Shown: positions 27,414-40,359 of the stretch, piece after piece | Numbering within the stretch: the first letter of the stretch is position 1 | Layout: each line of letters begins with the position of its first letter | Assembly: GCA_951406725.2 (NCBI GenBank) | Contig: OX597828.1 | Location: 69,874,001 to 69,938,000, forward strand | Reading direction: 5' to 3' | Length of the DNA stretch: 64,000 nucleotides | Origin: Octopus vulgaris | Taxonomy: Eukaryota | The notes under the pieces: generated by a model | Seen by the model: only the letters and a program-made list of their open reading frames with translations | What the model was told of the DNA's origin: nothing | The model's database searches: none | Position numbers and translations under genes: made by a program

Positions 27414-27859
27414 AAACATTACTAACAAAGGCAAAATTTGACCTTAGCAACAAAGACCAAATATTCACGGTATCTAAATGCAATGATAGCCGATGTGGCA
27501 CATGCCAATTCATACATACCGGCCAATATATAAACACAAAAACCGGGAAAATATTCACAAACGCGAATATGAACTGCAAAAGCAGAAATTTAATTTACTG
27601 CATCAAATGCCCAAATTGTGAAGAAATATATGTAGGTCAGACGGGAAACGCACTATTAGAACGCTCACGTGTACACCGGCAACAGATTAGAGACCCAGAG
27701 GTCCGTCAGATACCTTTGAGTAACCACCTAGCGACATGTGGCCGGAAAATGTATATAATATTTCCGTTCTATAAATTACACAGCCCAAGTGAAATCGAGA
27801 GGAGAATCAGAGAAAATAATTTTATTGATAAATTCGAACCCAAGCTAAATAAGCAATAA
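27383..27859 (+). pseudogene. Penelope-like element GIY-YIG endonuclease with Cys-rich linker (Neptune-type); frameshifted continuation of the RT ORF
   Basis: KCNDSRCGTC linker, then NLIYCIKCPNCEEIYVGQTG, RSRVHRQQI, HLATC and E...I..F.P.LN terminus. Confidence 0.93.
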
Positions 27860-28160
27860 TAATAATACTTAGAGGTATTACTTCCACTGCTACGACCATG
27901 ACCACTAACAACAACAACAAGACTAAAGGTGATCAAGATGAAGATAGCAGGAAAATTATCTTATTTAGGGTTAAAAGTTCTATTGCCACCACCATCACCA
28001 CTAGGGTGCTGATAATGATGATGATGACAATTGAAATATAAAAATATAAAAATCTCTGACAAAGGATATTTACAACATTTCTAAAAATAACCCAACAATT
28101 GCTGCTTCGGCCAGGGTCAAGATACAGGACTCTTGACATGTCCAACAAAGCGTGATGCCT

Positions 28161-28305
28161 AAACCAATCAGCTCAACCAACCAATCAGCTTAAGTAATTG
28201 AGTGATACTACACACTGATTGGTCAGAATACAGTTTGCAAAACCTAGCACTCTGGAGCCTACCCAGCTGTATTTATAGCACAGAATCAATCATCTTGCTA
28301 CAGTC
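28161..28305 (+). promoter_or_regulatory. Putative Pol II promoter in the PLE 3' pseudo-LTR
   Basis: CCAAT boxes at ~28164, ~28181 and (reverse) ~28218; TATTTATA at 28270-28277; initiator-like cagtc at 28301; AATAAA at 28475-28480. Confidence 0.55.
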
Positions 28306-28340
28306 AAAAATTGTGAAGCATGACTGTCAACACTACTACA

Positions 28341-28385
28341 TGAACCCGAAGATTGCAGAATTCAATGCATGAAAGTACTAGTTCA
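28341..28385 (+). ncRNA. Minimal type I hammerhead ribozyme of the PLE pseudo-LTR (U4C variant)
   Basis: tgaac-CCGAAGA-t tgca gaattcaa tgca t-GAAA-gtac-TA-gttca. Its position downstream of GIY-YIG is the expected one for PLEs. Confidence 0.8.
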
Positions 28386-28547
28386 ATCAGAATGAACATT
28401 TAACATTCTACTATTTCATTTTATTTTATTCAATTATAATATATTATCTTATAATATATCATTATAAGATTGTAAATAAAACGTGAAAATCAGACAAGGT
28501 TGGAATTCCTTTTATTAATATATTCTTCTATACACAATCACACACAC

Positions 28548-28585
<38 letters not shown>

Positions 28586-28587
<2 letters not shown>

Positions 28588-29191
28588 TTTTTCTCTGTCT
28601 TTCTCACTTTGCACTCACAAGCCAATCCTTGGCACGCATTCTTTCTCCCCTCTTTAATTCCTTTTTTCTCTCTCTTCTCCTCCCTTTGTTGCCTTCGTCC
28701 TTCTTTCTCTCTCTCTCTTTGTTTCCTTTGCCCCCTTTCTTTTCTCTCTCTTCCCTCACGTGACCGCTGGTCAAACTCAGCTTTTTGGCCTCCGACCACT
28801 GCCGTGAGAACATCGTTGTCTTCGTCTGCCGATAAAGGCATTTTTTCCAAATACGCCAGCTAAACTAAGTTGTACTGTCTATTAGTCGTAAGACACCCGC
28901 TGTTTTTGTCCTGTTTTTACCATTATTGTTTTTTGTATTTTATATTCGTGTGGCATCGTCCGTTTATCTGTCCCTGTTTCGTATACATTCGATCCTTCTT
29001 CCAAGAAATCTAATGCTCGTAGCTTAGTTTTTCCTTTGGGCTGGGCGGATCGGAGCGATCTCAAGATTAATCAGCCGAAATTGCTACGATGATCCGGTTC
29101 TTGACTGAAGATTGAAGGCTTCGAATGTCCCGTCTGTGTTTTTGTATCGTCTTCTAAATGTTTTAAGTTCTTGTCCCAGTTTGTATTTTTC

Positions 29192-29193
<2 letters not shown>
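28586..29193 (+). mobile_element. Non-autonomous pLTR-like element between (TA)n tracts
   Basis: Shares ctgaagattg...gtcccgtctgtgttt with the reverse complement of 33500-33555, tcacgtgacc with that of ~34285, and ttcttgtccc..ttgtattttt with that of 25641-25670. Confidence 0.55.
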
Positions 29194-29264
<71 letters not shown>

Positions 29265-29438
29265 TTTTACTTTTTTAATTGTTTCAGTCATTTGACTGTG
29301 GCCATGCTGGAGCACCGCCTTTAGTCGAGCAAATCGACCCCAGGACTTATTCTTTGTAAGCCCACTACTTATTCTATCGGTCTCTATCTATCTATCTACC
29401 TATCTGTCTGTCTGTCTATCTGTCTTTCTATCTATCTA

Positions 29439-29480
<42 letters not shown>

Positions 29481-29481
29481 C

Positions 29482-29512
<31 letters not shown>

Positions 29513-29524
29513 TCTATCTGTCTG

Positions 29525-29556
<32 letters not shown>

Positions 29557-29557
29557 C

Positions 29558-29640
<83 letters not shown>

Positions 29641-29644
29641 CCTA

Positions 29645-29715
<71 letters not shown>

Positions 29716-29809
29716 GTCTATCTATCTACCTATCTGTCTGTCTGTCTATCTATCTATCTAAATATGTGGCTAGCTAGGTTTCTATCTTTGTTTCACTCTC
29801 TCTTTCTCC

Positions 29810-29851
<42 letters not shown>

Positions 29852-29981
29852 GTTTATCTATTTCTCTCTCTCTCTCTCTATCTGTCTATTTATCCATCTA
29901 TCTATCTAGCTTGCTAATTAGCTAGCTCTCTGTGTATATTCACAGATGTGCGTGTGTTTGTGCGTGTGTCTGTATGAACGA

Positions 29982-30021
<40 letters not shown>

Positions 30022-30616
30022 GAATGTGTGTGTGTGTGTGCCTAAATGAGTGTATATAAATGTATATGTATGTGTGTGTGTGTGTTGTGTGTGTATTGTA
30101 CTGCGACGACGACGACCACGACCACCACCACCGCCGCCATCGACGCCATCGTTGCATCTACCCGTTCGACTACTCGCCTATGTTTAAATATAACCTAGCT
30201 GTGGCTTTACTTTTTTTTCTAAAGTACACATTAGTCTTTGAACAGTCTGTAGCTGTTCACATATGCACTTGGTTGCACCAAGCTGCACTTGGCACACGAG
30301 TTGCTGCTGCAGCTGCCGTTCTTAGCTTCAGCACCCGCCGCCGCCTTCCGCTCCATTCCATCATCACCAGCGCCGATCGCCGCCGTTGCCACAGCCAACA
30401 CACCTGCGGCAGCATCACCACCAGTGATTACCGCACACGTACATACATAGATACATACATACACACACACACATTTGGAGAGAAGAGAGAAGGAAAAGAG
30501 ATACAGGTAAGATAGAAGATAAGGCTGTAGATTTCTTTACGAGGTACGAGATACGGCGAAGACGACGACGATAGTGGTGGTGGTGGTAGTGGTGGCAGAT
30601 AGAAAGACAGACAGAC

Positions 30617-30672
<56 letters not shown>

Positions 30673-30727
30673 TGATAGGTAGATAGATAGATTGATAGAT
30701 AGATTGATAGGTAGATAGATAGATAGG

Positions 30728-30787
<60 letters not shown>

Positions 30788-30852
30788 TAGATAGACAGAC
30801 AGACAGGCAGACAGACAGATAGATAGATAGATAGACAGACAGACAGGCAGAC

Positions 30853-30902
<50 letters not shown>

Positions 30903-31374
30903 GTAGACAGAATGAGAGAGAGGGAAAAAGAGAGAGAGAGAGAGAAAGAGAAAGAGAAAGATGAGATAGATTTCCGTCACTCACCAATCACTGACATATG
31001 AATGAGACACAATATATCCAGAGGCATTCAGAGAGAGAGAGAGAGAGAGACAGAGAGAGAGGGAGAGAGAGAGAGAGAGAGACAGAGAGAGAAAGAGCGA
31101 AAGAAAGAGAGAGTGAGAGAAAAAGAGAGAGAGAGAGAGACGGAGCCAAAGACACAGTGTCAGCTAAACACCAGACGCCCATATGTATGACAGCACCACG
31201 CATACACACACACACACATGCAAGCACGCACGCTTACACATACACACACACAAACACACATACATATACCCACCCATATAGTCAGACATAGTCACACACA
31301 CCCGCCTAGACAGCCAGACATACCTGTATTTGAAGGAGTTAGAAAACGTTGTGACGAATGTCAACTGGCTTTAC

Positions 31375-31552
31375 CTGTTGTATAACCCGACATAATGGAG
31401 CGCCAGTGGTGTGGTGGTGCGTCAGCATTGTGATTGTATGGGCAGTAGTAGTGGTGACGATCGTGGAGGGTGGGAAGTAGTACAAGTAACAGTAGTTGAA
31501 CCAGCAGAAGTGGTGGTGATGATAGTTGTAGTGGTGGAAGAAATGTAGTAGC

Positions 31553-31593
<41 letters not shown>

Positions 31594-31651
31594 AAGTAGT
31601 TGCTGTTGTTGTTGCTGTTATTGTTGTAACGCCCGGGCGCCAACCACGCAT
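31375..31651 (-). CDS. Candidate first coding exon of a host gene (poly-Thr, then a hydrophobic signal-like stretch, phase-1 donor)
   Basis: ATG at 31651; MRGWRPGV-T-rich-FLPPLQLSSPPLLLVQLLLLVLLPTLHD...IMSGYTT; ends at ACAG|GTAAAG. No homology support. Confidence 0.25.
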
Positions 31652-32344
31652 TCGTCTGCCCAACTGACCCCACGACACTTCCGCCCAGCACTTGTGACTC
31701 TTTATTGCACGGACCCTCCGAAGCTATTGGAGGGGTGGAGGGCAAGAGAGGGCAAAGGTGAGCAGAACTGATCGTTTGGCATCAGAGTGCAGCCCATCAA
31801 AAGACACCCATGAAAGCCTAATGGCCGTGTTGAACCAGGCGCAACGTTTCAAGTCTCCAAACCCAAGAATATAAAATGCAAAGCGACGCAAGGAACAGCA
31901 CGAGGCATCTTGAGCCGAACCTTTAACAATTCCGACATTCTGCCAAACTTAAAATATATTTAGTAAAAACATTTCAACCAAGAAATAATATAGTTTTTAG
32001 AATTTAATTACACCGATAGGCACATCCCAGCCTCGGGGCCGCAGCCGGACTGGATCCTTGCTCTCTATCTGTCTGTTTGGCTCTTTTTCTCTCTCTCTCT
32101 GTTCCTCCCCCTCTCTCTCTGTTCCCCCTCTCTCTCTGTTCCCCCCCTCTCTCTCTCTGTTTCTTTCTATAGCTGTCACAGTGGCCTCTGCTCATCAGAG
32201 GTAGCTGGTCATGTACATCACCTCACCTCAGGTCCTTACCACCGTCTTACTCGTCTCTTCACTTCTTATCACCTGTGTTGCGTTTATATATATACACACA
32301 CACACACACACATACATCTCTCTGTATATATATGTACATATATA

Positions 32345-32625
32345 TATAAAGTTAATCCAAACAAGAAAACAAAAAAGACAACAACACAAAGAGGTGGAAC
32401 AATTAAAGTATTATTAGGCGCCCAGGAAAAAATGGAAGGAGAGTATGACGTTTCGAGCGGAGCTCTTCGTCGGAAACATAAGAGAAAGAAAGATCCCGAG
32501 GTGGGAGGACAGAGGGGAAAAAAACGCGAGTGGTCTTCACGAGGTAAACATACTGAAAAGCAGGAAGTCGTAGACGAGAGGGGACAGGTTTTCAAAGACA
32601 GGAGAGCGGAAAAAGAAGGAAGGTA
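32345..32625 (-). mobile_element. Non-autonomous pLTR-like element with an HHR-like motif at 32441-32480
   Basis: Minus strand ccgacga-a-gagc tcc gctc-gaaa-cg-tc. Homologous to 48540-48800. Confidence 0.55.
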
Positions 32626-32665
32626 AATACATATATATATATGTACACCCCACATATATATATAT

Positions 32666-33138
32666 AATTCAAGGCGAATTAGGGGTTGTGAATCAACCCA
32701 ACTAAGGGATAGTATCTATCCAATATACTGCTGGTAATATACCCAATTATTACTACACAACTGTTGAGTATTGCGTGGCAATCACACTATTGAGCGTAGT
32801 AAATGAGCGAGGGTAAAAAGTGGTTTACCCTTAATTTATACGGCAAGAAGAAAATGGAGGGGATCCAGAGTTAGTATGCATCAACTGTTAGACATTACAT
32901 CATGTCTGTATATTGATTTTAAACAATTACGAGAATATATATATACATATGTAAAGATTGTGTTTTGCATACGTAAGTACCGGTAGTTTCTAGAATAGAG
33001 AAAGAAGAGCAGTTTCTTACAGCTGTTTCAGCCAAGAGGTCACGGTACCCCACATGTTATTTACATCTTTTCTGTGTACTGTAGTGATCGGTAGATAAAA
33101 TTAGGGTACTTTGGTGTGCCTCTACGCTTCATCAGGGT
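32666..33138 (-). mobile_element. Non-autonomous element between (TA)n tracts: HHR core with ~100-nt stem II (33017-33135) followed by a three-hairpin module
   Basis: CTGATGA-agc..agagg.cac..gtacc...ggtac.gtg.cctct..gct-GAAA-cagctg-TA; the 5' arm of stem I is absent. The downstream module is homologous to 49390-49580 and 55300-55490. Confidence 0.7.
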
Positions 33139-33165
33139 GTATATATATATATGTATACATAGATA

Positions 33166-33255
<90 letters not shown>

Positions 33256-33383
33256 GTATTTTATAATTACGAGTATAATTATAATTAGGGTTCAGCAAAT
33301 TTTACCCTTTATTATTATTGATTATATATATATATATATCAACACCCCCACATATATATATCCATATACATATATGTATATAA

Positions 33384-33420
<37 letters not shown>

Positions 33421-33783
33421 TATATATATATGTGTGTGTATGTATGTATGTATGTATGTATATGTACATACATTGAGAGAGGAGACTGAAACGTGCGACA
33501 GGTAAACACAGACGGGACGCGTCCTTGGTTTACACATTGCACTCCAATCTTCAGAGTGGTGCGACGCGGGGGATCGACCTCGCAATAGGCTAGCGTGCGA
33601 ATTACGAGAAACAATAAGACATAAAAAAATAAGAGAAAAAACAATGACACGCAGAAAACAGGTGTGGTGTGAAGCACTGAATACATTACCTGTTTTCTGT
33701 GTATGTATGTATGTAATCATGTATGTATGTATATGTGTGTATGTATGTATGTGTGTTTGTGTATGAATAGCTGCCTCATTTAA

Positions 33784-33829
<46 letters not shown>

Positions 33830-33869
33830 TTAAATACATACACAGAAAACAGGTAATGTATATATATAT

Positions 33870-34330
33870 ATAGACAAATGAGGAAATGTATACTGAATGT
33901 AAAAATAAACTGGAGACAAACAGAAGGTCCATAATTCTTCATCAGTTATCGACCAACGATACTTTTTCAGTTTCGCATCTTTAACGATAAGTTGAACGCT
34001 TCCCAATTGGCGGTGCCCGCAAGAAAGAGTTTTTTTGCGTAGAAATAGAGACAAGAGCAACCAAAACGAAAAAAAAAAAACAAGCAAAATGACACAGAGT
34101 GTGATTTAGGGCGGTGGACGAGGACAAACAGTCGAACAAAATACGGCCTTGGGGGCCAATAAGACGAGAATAGTGGGTAACGCTTATGAAATGTTTTGAG
34201 CGATGTAGAACGGAGAGAGAGAATTTGCGACAGGTCAGGTTAGGGACCAATCTAAGAAAGGAAGAAAAGGAGGAACTGGCCGCTGGTCACGTGACAGTAG
34301 CAGGCAGAAGAGAAGAACAGCAAGGAATAT
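33870..34330 (-). mobile_element. Non-autonomous pLTR-like element between (TA)n tracts
   Basis: Purine-skewed, contains tcatcag at ~33949 and shares a motif with 28586-29193. Confidence 0.45.
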
Positions 34331-34361
34331 ATATGTGCATATATGTATGTGTGTATATATT

Positions 34362-34708
34362 AGGGTAAACGGTAGAGACTCCTTTTCGTCATGAATGACC
34401 ATGGGATTGTATCTAAAAAGTTCACCTCCGAGGCACAAGTCTAGGCAATGATGCTTTTTATGGAAGGCCAGCAGTTGCCCATTGATACCAGCCTCCCCTC
34501 TCTACGCCACCGATGTTGCCCATGGGAAGGGCAAAGGTCGATACAGCTTGGCACCAGTGACGTCAAAACTCACCTCTACAGCTGAGGGAACTGGAGTAAC
34601 GAGGAATAAAGTGTCTTGTTCAAGAACACAACACACAACCCGGGCCGCGAATTGATCTCAATACCTCTTGATTATGAGCCCGATGTTCTAACCACTGAGC
34701 CGTGCGCC
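34362..34708 (-). mobile_element. SINE family R with tail type 3
   Basis: tRNA-like head at the right end; body matches 58775-59099. Confidence 0.8.
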
Positions 34709-34739
34709 TTCACACACACACACACACACATATATTCAC

Positions 34740-34966
34740 GTGATCGATATACATTGCTGGTTACAATGTGCTTTCGAATGATGACACCTCGCTGATTAGG
34801 CGAGGACAACATTTCTCTTGCCGTCGTAGGGGTCAGCCAGACAGGAGCAACGTGAAATGAAGTGTTTGGCTAAAGAACCCAACGAACCGCCTGGTCCTGG
34901 GCCGGGAATTGACCCAACAATGTAGCGATCGTGAGTGCAACGCATTAAGCACCTGGCCACGCGCCT
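34740..34966 (-). mobile_element. SINE family R with tail type 2, degenerate
   Basis: Minus-strand head ggcgcgtggccaggtgcttaatgcgttgcactcacgatc; tail similar to 5295-5410. Confidence 0.6.
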
Positions 34967-35703
34967 TCACACATACACACACACATAGCTGAAGCTAACA
35001 CAGAACTTTTGAATTTGAGGAATATTCAGCAACTTTGGCAGTCACAGCAAATTACGTGGATCTTGTTCTTCTGGGAATGATGTTCGTCTCGCCCCTATAT
35101 ACAATACATCGTGTTTTTAACACGCGTCCATGAAGAGGTTTTGTTTCAGTCAAAATCTACCGCATCATACCTTGCATATACGTTAAGTATGATACGCAGA
35201 AAGCTATTTTATTTTAATGCTGTTTGAATTGCGGACACCGAGTTTTATTCAGCGTGGCCGCTTTATGCAACATCAGTGAATATATTATTCACTCTTCCCT
35301 ATGTGTCAAGGGAGACATGTTTCGTAGCGACTACACGTTATTAATAAGGCTCAAGGAAGTCGACAAACGTCTGATGTTCTCGTGGCCTACTGTTGGCATG
35401 ATTTTTGCCTCGCTCTGTTGTTTATTGTGTTTGTAACACGACATGTCTACGAAAAGATTTCCTTTTTTTCCCGGGCAAAGACCACAGCATATATGTTGAT
35501 GCACTGTCGGCCATTCTGATTTCATACTGTTACAAGTGGGTGTACCGAGAATGAACTGGTTGTTTATAAACGTCTTCATTTAAAAACAGACACGGAGTCT
35601 GTTAACATAGCAACTTGAGTGACATATTAAGAAACCTTACAATGTTATATCATTACTAAAAATAGACAAGCATTTACATCAAGTTGCATTATTAACTAGA
35701 CGG

Positions 35704-35915
35704 AAGGCAGCGAGATGGCAGAATCATTACAACGCTGGGGAAAAGGCTTAGCAGCATTTTGTCGGTCTTTACGTTCTGAGTTCAAATTCCGCCGACGTCG
35801 ACTTTGCCTTTCATCCTTTCAGGATCGATAAGTTAAGTACCAGTGAAACACTAGTCACTCCCCCCAAAAAAAAAAAAAATTTCAGGCCTTGTGCCTATTG
35901 TAGAAAGGTTTATTA
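35704..35915 (+). mobile_element. SINE family M
   Basis: aaggcagcgagatggcagaatc...gtcgactttgcctttcatcc...aagtaccag. Confidence 0.75.
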
Positions 35916-35941
35916 AATAAACGGATATTAGTTTTCCTTGA

Positions 35942-36360
35942 GCGCAGGCGTGGCTGTGTGGTAAGAAGTTTGCTTCCCAACGACGTAGTTTGGGTTCAGA
36001 CCCACTGTGTGGTACCTTGGGCAAGGGTCTTCTATAGTTTCGGGCCGACCAAAGCCTTGTGAACGGATTTGGTCGAAAGAAGCCCGTCGTGTTTGTGTAC
36101 ACACACGCACACGCGCGCGCACGCACATACACACACTCACACACACAAACAAATGTACATGTATGTGTGGGTGTTCTCCACTACCGCTTGAAAACCGGTG
36201 TTGGGATGTGTCCCCGAAACTTAGCAGGTCGGCAAACTCGACCGATAGAATAAATACCAGGCTTTAAAAAAAGTATTGGGGTCGATAAGTTTCGACTAAA
36301 TTTCTTCAAGGCGGTGCCCCAGCATGGCCACAGTCTCATGACAAAAACAAGTAAAAGAAT
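35942..36360 (+). mobile_element. SINE family K, full length
   Basis: gcgcaggcgtggctgtgtggtaagaagtttgcttcccaac head through the aaacaagtaaaaga tail. Confidence 0.8.
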
Positions 36361-36685
36361 AATTAGCTTTTCTGATCAGAGTTTAATTTTAGGCTGTAAT
36401 ATTTTGTGTCTTGCAGAAGAATGATAACAAGAAGCAGAACGTTGGTCTTGGAGATGTCTCGAAATTCCGGAAATAGTCAGTTGGGCGTGGCTGTTTGGAC
36501 GCTGGCGATATGGCATGGCTCACTGGACACTGAATCTGTTTTGGTGAAAGTACTTTGTGCCGCGGGAGGCAAACTCACACACACACACACGAAACCTCCT
36601 CCACACACACAGATGCAGACACACAAACATACTCATGCGAAAGAATATACACATACAAATAGAAAAAGAGAGAAAGGTGAGAGAA

Positions 36686-36745
<60 letters not shown>

Positions 36746-37012
36746 CAATTTAGTTATTGAACACAATTGACATAAACCCTTTCCTTATCCTCACGCGCAC
36801 AAACACGTGGACAGGTAGGGTCAGAACGAGAGAAACATTAAAACGTATAATATCAGATAAGTCAGCGCCAAACTGACAACGACAAACCGGCAGCGCCACC
36901 ACGACTGTGCCAAAATGTCTCAAACCTTCTATACTCCGTGTACTATTCAAACTAGCAAGGAGAAAGAATAGACAAAATAGACCACTAATTAACAACACTA
37001 TATGTAGATGTG

Positions 37013-37320
37013 TGAAAGCTCGTGGTCTAGTGGTTAGGGTGTTGCACTCACGATCGTTAGATAGTCGGTTCGATTCCCGGGTCGGGCCGGGCTGGGCCGC
37101 GTGTTGTGTTCTTGAGCAAAACACTTAATTTCACGTTACCCCAGTCCACTCAGATGTAAATGGGCCATCCTACGACAGACTATCCTTCCGATCGGGGGTA
37201 GGAATGTTGGTCTGCTCGCCTAGTCAACCGGGTGGCATTAATCGAACGATAAAGCAATGCAAAGCGCATTGTGACCAGCGTTGTATAACAACAGCTAATA
37301 GTCTGGTCGATCACGTGGTC
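37013..37320 (+). mobile_element. SINE family R with tail type 2
   Basis: gtggtctagtggttagggtgttgcactcacgatc...gttcgattcc head; tgtgttcttgagcaaaacactt CORE-like block. Confidence 0.75.
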
Positions 37321-38351
37321 CCGTGGTATGTAGATGCAGGCGTAAATTTTTTTCAAGGTGAGCAATGAAGTTACTAAAAGTTTGCGCAGAGGAACACTTC
37401 GAGGAAGAAACCACGGCTAAAATTTCAGCTAAAATATTAACGAAATATCGCATGTCAGAAATACAACCTAAAGATTTACCACAATAATCATGTACCAAGG
37501 TTTTCCATCGTCTTGTAAGCCTATGGTGGTACTTTAAAGTAAGACAGTAGAAAAAGAAGGAATACAGCTAACATATTTTGTTTATAACTAATGAAGGAAA
37601 AAGTGAGAAAACACGACAGCTACAGGACACTAAAATGGCTTCACTGTTGGGTTTTATGATAAAATGAGAAGCCAACACACCAGGCAGTAAAATATGTGAT
37701 CGCAATTAATAATAACGGTGAATCAATGACACCAGAATGAGTTAGAGAAGACTAGAACAGTAACTTGGCAAAGATGGCAGCAGGAAGGGTGGTGTCAGCG
37801 ATGGTGTTGGCGTTAAATGACGCATTTTAATGAAGGTAATGTTTTATACTGGTTGGACAATTGGAAAAGAAAAGAAAAAGACTGGTTTTATTGCAGTTGG
37901 TCTTTATGGGAAACGATGGAACGTAGAAAGACGGAAGGGAAACATATCTATATGGTATCAAGCATTGGCGTATTCTTAAGAAATTCGCTTTGCAACGATA
38001 GGGTGACACCTTGCGTTGTATCTTCTATTACAACTCTCAGCCGACCAAAGCCTTGAGTAAATCTCTGAGACGGAAACTACGTGGAAGCCCACCGTATGTG
38101 TATGAATGTATCTGCGCGTGTGTGTGTGTGTGTGAGTCGTATCTGTGTTAGTCACCCACCACTGCTTGACAATTTGGTGTTCGTGTATTTATGGTCTCGT
38201 AACTTAGCGGACCGACAAAAGAGAACCGATAGAATAAGTACCAGGCTATGAAACAAATAGGTACTGGGACCGATTTATTTGACTAAAAATTCCTCAAGGT
38301 GGTGCCGCCCCAGTATGGCCGCAGACTAATGACTGAAACAAGTAAACGGCA

Positions 38352-38388
<37 letters not shown>

Positions 38389-38995
38389 CACGTATTTATA
38401 TTTATGTATGTGTGTGCGAGCGCGTGTTTGTTTCTATGTCGCTTGACTACCGGTGTTGGCTTGTTTACGTCCTCATAATATGAGCGGTTCGGCAGAAAGG
38501 GTCCGATAGACTTACAATAAATGCTCCGTGACGGGTTGATTTGTTCGACTAACCCTACAACGCTTTCCTCCAGCATGGCCGCGATCTGTTGATTGAAACG
38601 AACAACACAGTTGCAAAGCGAAGAAGCAACTTTTAGTCCCAAAGAAATCTCCCATGCACGGTTCGCATCAGCCGATTTCAGGTTAACCAGACTAATAGAG
38701 AACCCACGAGCGACAAATTAGTGAGGAACGCCACGGAAGGAAATTCATCAAGACAAACCAAAAAAGCGTGATTTCTGCTAAAGTAAAAAACCACGAACAG
38801 GGTATGTACGGGGTGTTGTGATTTAAAAATTAAATTCTGCTAATCTTGTATATGACTTCTGGGAGCTGATGCAATACGCGGCCTTGGCTAGGCGCGATTC
38901 AACCATGGAGTTTATAGAAACATGTGATATTGGTTATTGCTGTTTGTTGCTGTTGTTGTTGTTGTTGTTGTTGCTGGTTTTTAATATATCCTTGA

Positions 38996-39423
38996 AGGCG
39001 GCGAGCTGACAGAAGTGTTAGCACGCCGGGCGAAATGCGTAGCCGTATTTTGTCTGCCGTTACGTTCTGAGTTCAAATTCCGCCGAGGTCGACTTTGCCT
39101 TTCATCCTTTCGGGGTCGATAAATTAAGTACCAGTTACGCACTGGGGTCGATGTAATCGACTTAATCCCTTTGTCTGTCCTTGTTTGTCCCCTCTATGTT
39201 AAGCCCCTTGTGGGCAATAAAGAAATAAGAATTGTTAGCATGCCGGGTGAAATACTTAGCGGCATTTCGCTCGTCTCTACGTTCTGAGTTCAAATTCCGT
39301 TGGGGTCGACTTTGCTTTTCATCCTTTTGGGGTCGATAAACTAAGTACCAGTCAAATACTGGGGTCAGTGTGATCGACTTTCCCATTCCACCAAACTTCG
39401 GGCCTTGTATTTTTAGTAGAAAA

Positions 39424-39479
<56 letters not shown>

Positions 39480-39620
39480 TTATTATTATTATTGGTGAGC
39501 TGGCAGAATCGTTAGCACGCCGAGCGAAATGCTTACCGGCATTTCGTTTCTCTCTACGTTCTGAGTTCAAATTCCGCATAGGCCGGCTTTGCCTTTTATC
39601 GTTTCGGGTTCGATACAATA
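38996..39620 (+). mobile_element. SINE family M, three tandem units
   Basis: Units start at ~38996, ~39228 and ~39494. Confidence 0.85.
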
Positions 39621-40359
39621 AGTTCGAAACAATAATTTTTTTTAGGAAATTCGGACATCGTTCTTACTGCTAAGCATTCAACTTCAAATTACATTTGTTA
39701 ATTGTTGGAAGTCAAGTAGACTCTGATGTACATATAGTGTTATCGTTTTGAGTGGAGGTTCAATACGAAGTTTTGAACTCATTATCTTGTGGTTAGTAAT
39801 CCATTACTTTAAATTTGAAGCCATTAAGTCTTCAAACATTTTTACTGGGTTTAGTCTTTCGACTGTCGCCACGATGAAGTATCACCTTCAAAAAGTTAAT
39901 TGATCATACTGACCTCAGCACATATTTCAATCTGGCATTTATTTTATAGATCTCTGCTTGATGAACTGCTAACTTTGAGACAGTGGGACACAATACACGA
40001 GTTAACAATAAATGTAAGCACACACTCATACACACGCGCGCGCGAGGGCGCACACACATATTAGGTGTAAGAATGAGTGTGTGGGTAGGAAGTTTGCTTT
40101 CCAACCACATGGTTCTACGTTCAGTCCGTCTGCATGGTACGTTGGGCAAGTGTTTTCTACTATAGCCCTCGGCTAACCACAGACTTGTGGCTGAATTTGA
40201 TAGACGGAAAATGACCGGAAGACATGTTTATAAAGAGGAGCTGTTTGCTTCATATTCCTCGTCTGCCGATTCTGCACATAACATAGGAACAAATAATACA
40301 ATGTAGCTGTAGGTCATAACACCCGGGCAACGCCGGGATGCATTGCCATTATTTTTCTT

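Noticed and set aside
29095-29140. CUGAAGA...GAAUGUC and its homolog at 33505-33555 (CUGAAGA-ttgg..ccaa-GGA-cgcg-tc)
   Set aside because: The GAAA box is defective and no stem I forms in either copy; counted only as possible decayed HHRs.
35420-35500. Minus-strand CGLCPGKKG...CYKHNK, reminiscent of a piggyBac Cys-rich C-terminus
   Set aside because: Too short and degenerate; no DDD domain or TTAA-flanked TIRs were found.
40322-40345. Helitron-type hairpin cccgggcaacgccggg
   Set aside because: The terminal CTAG and a 5' TC end were not identifiable, so it is not called as an element.
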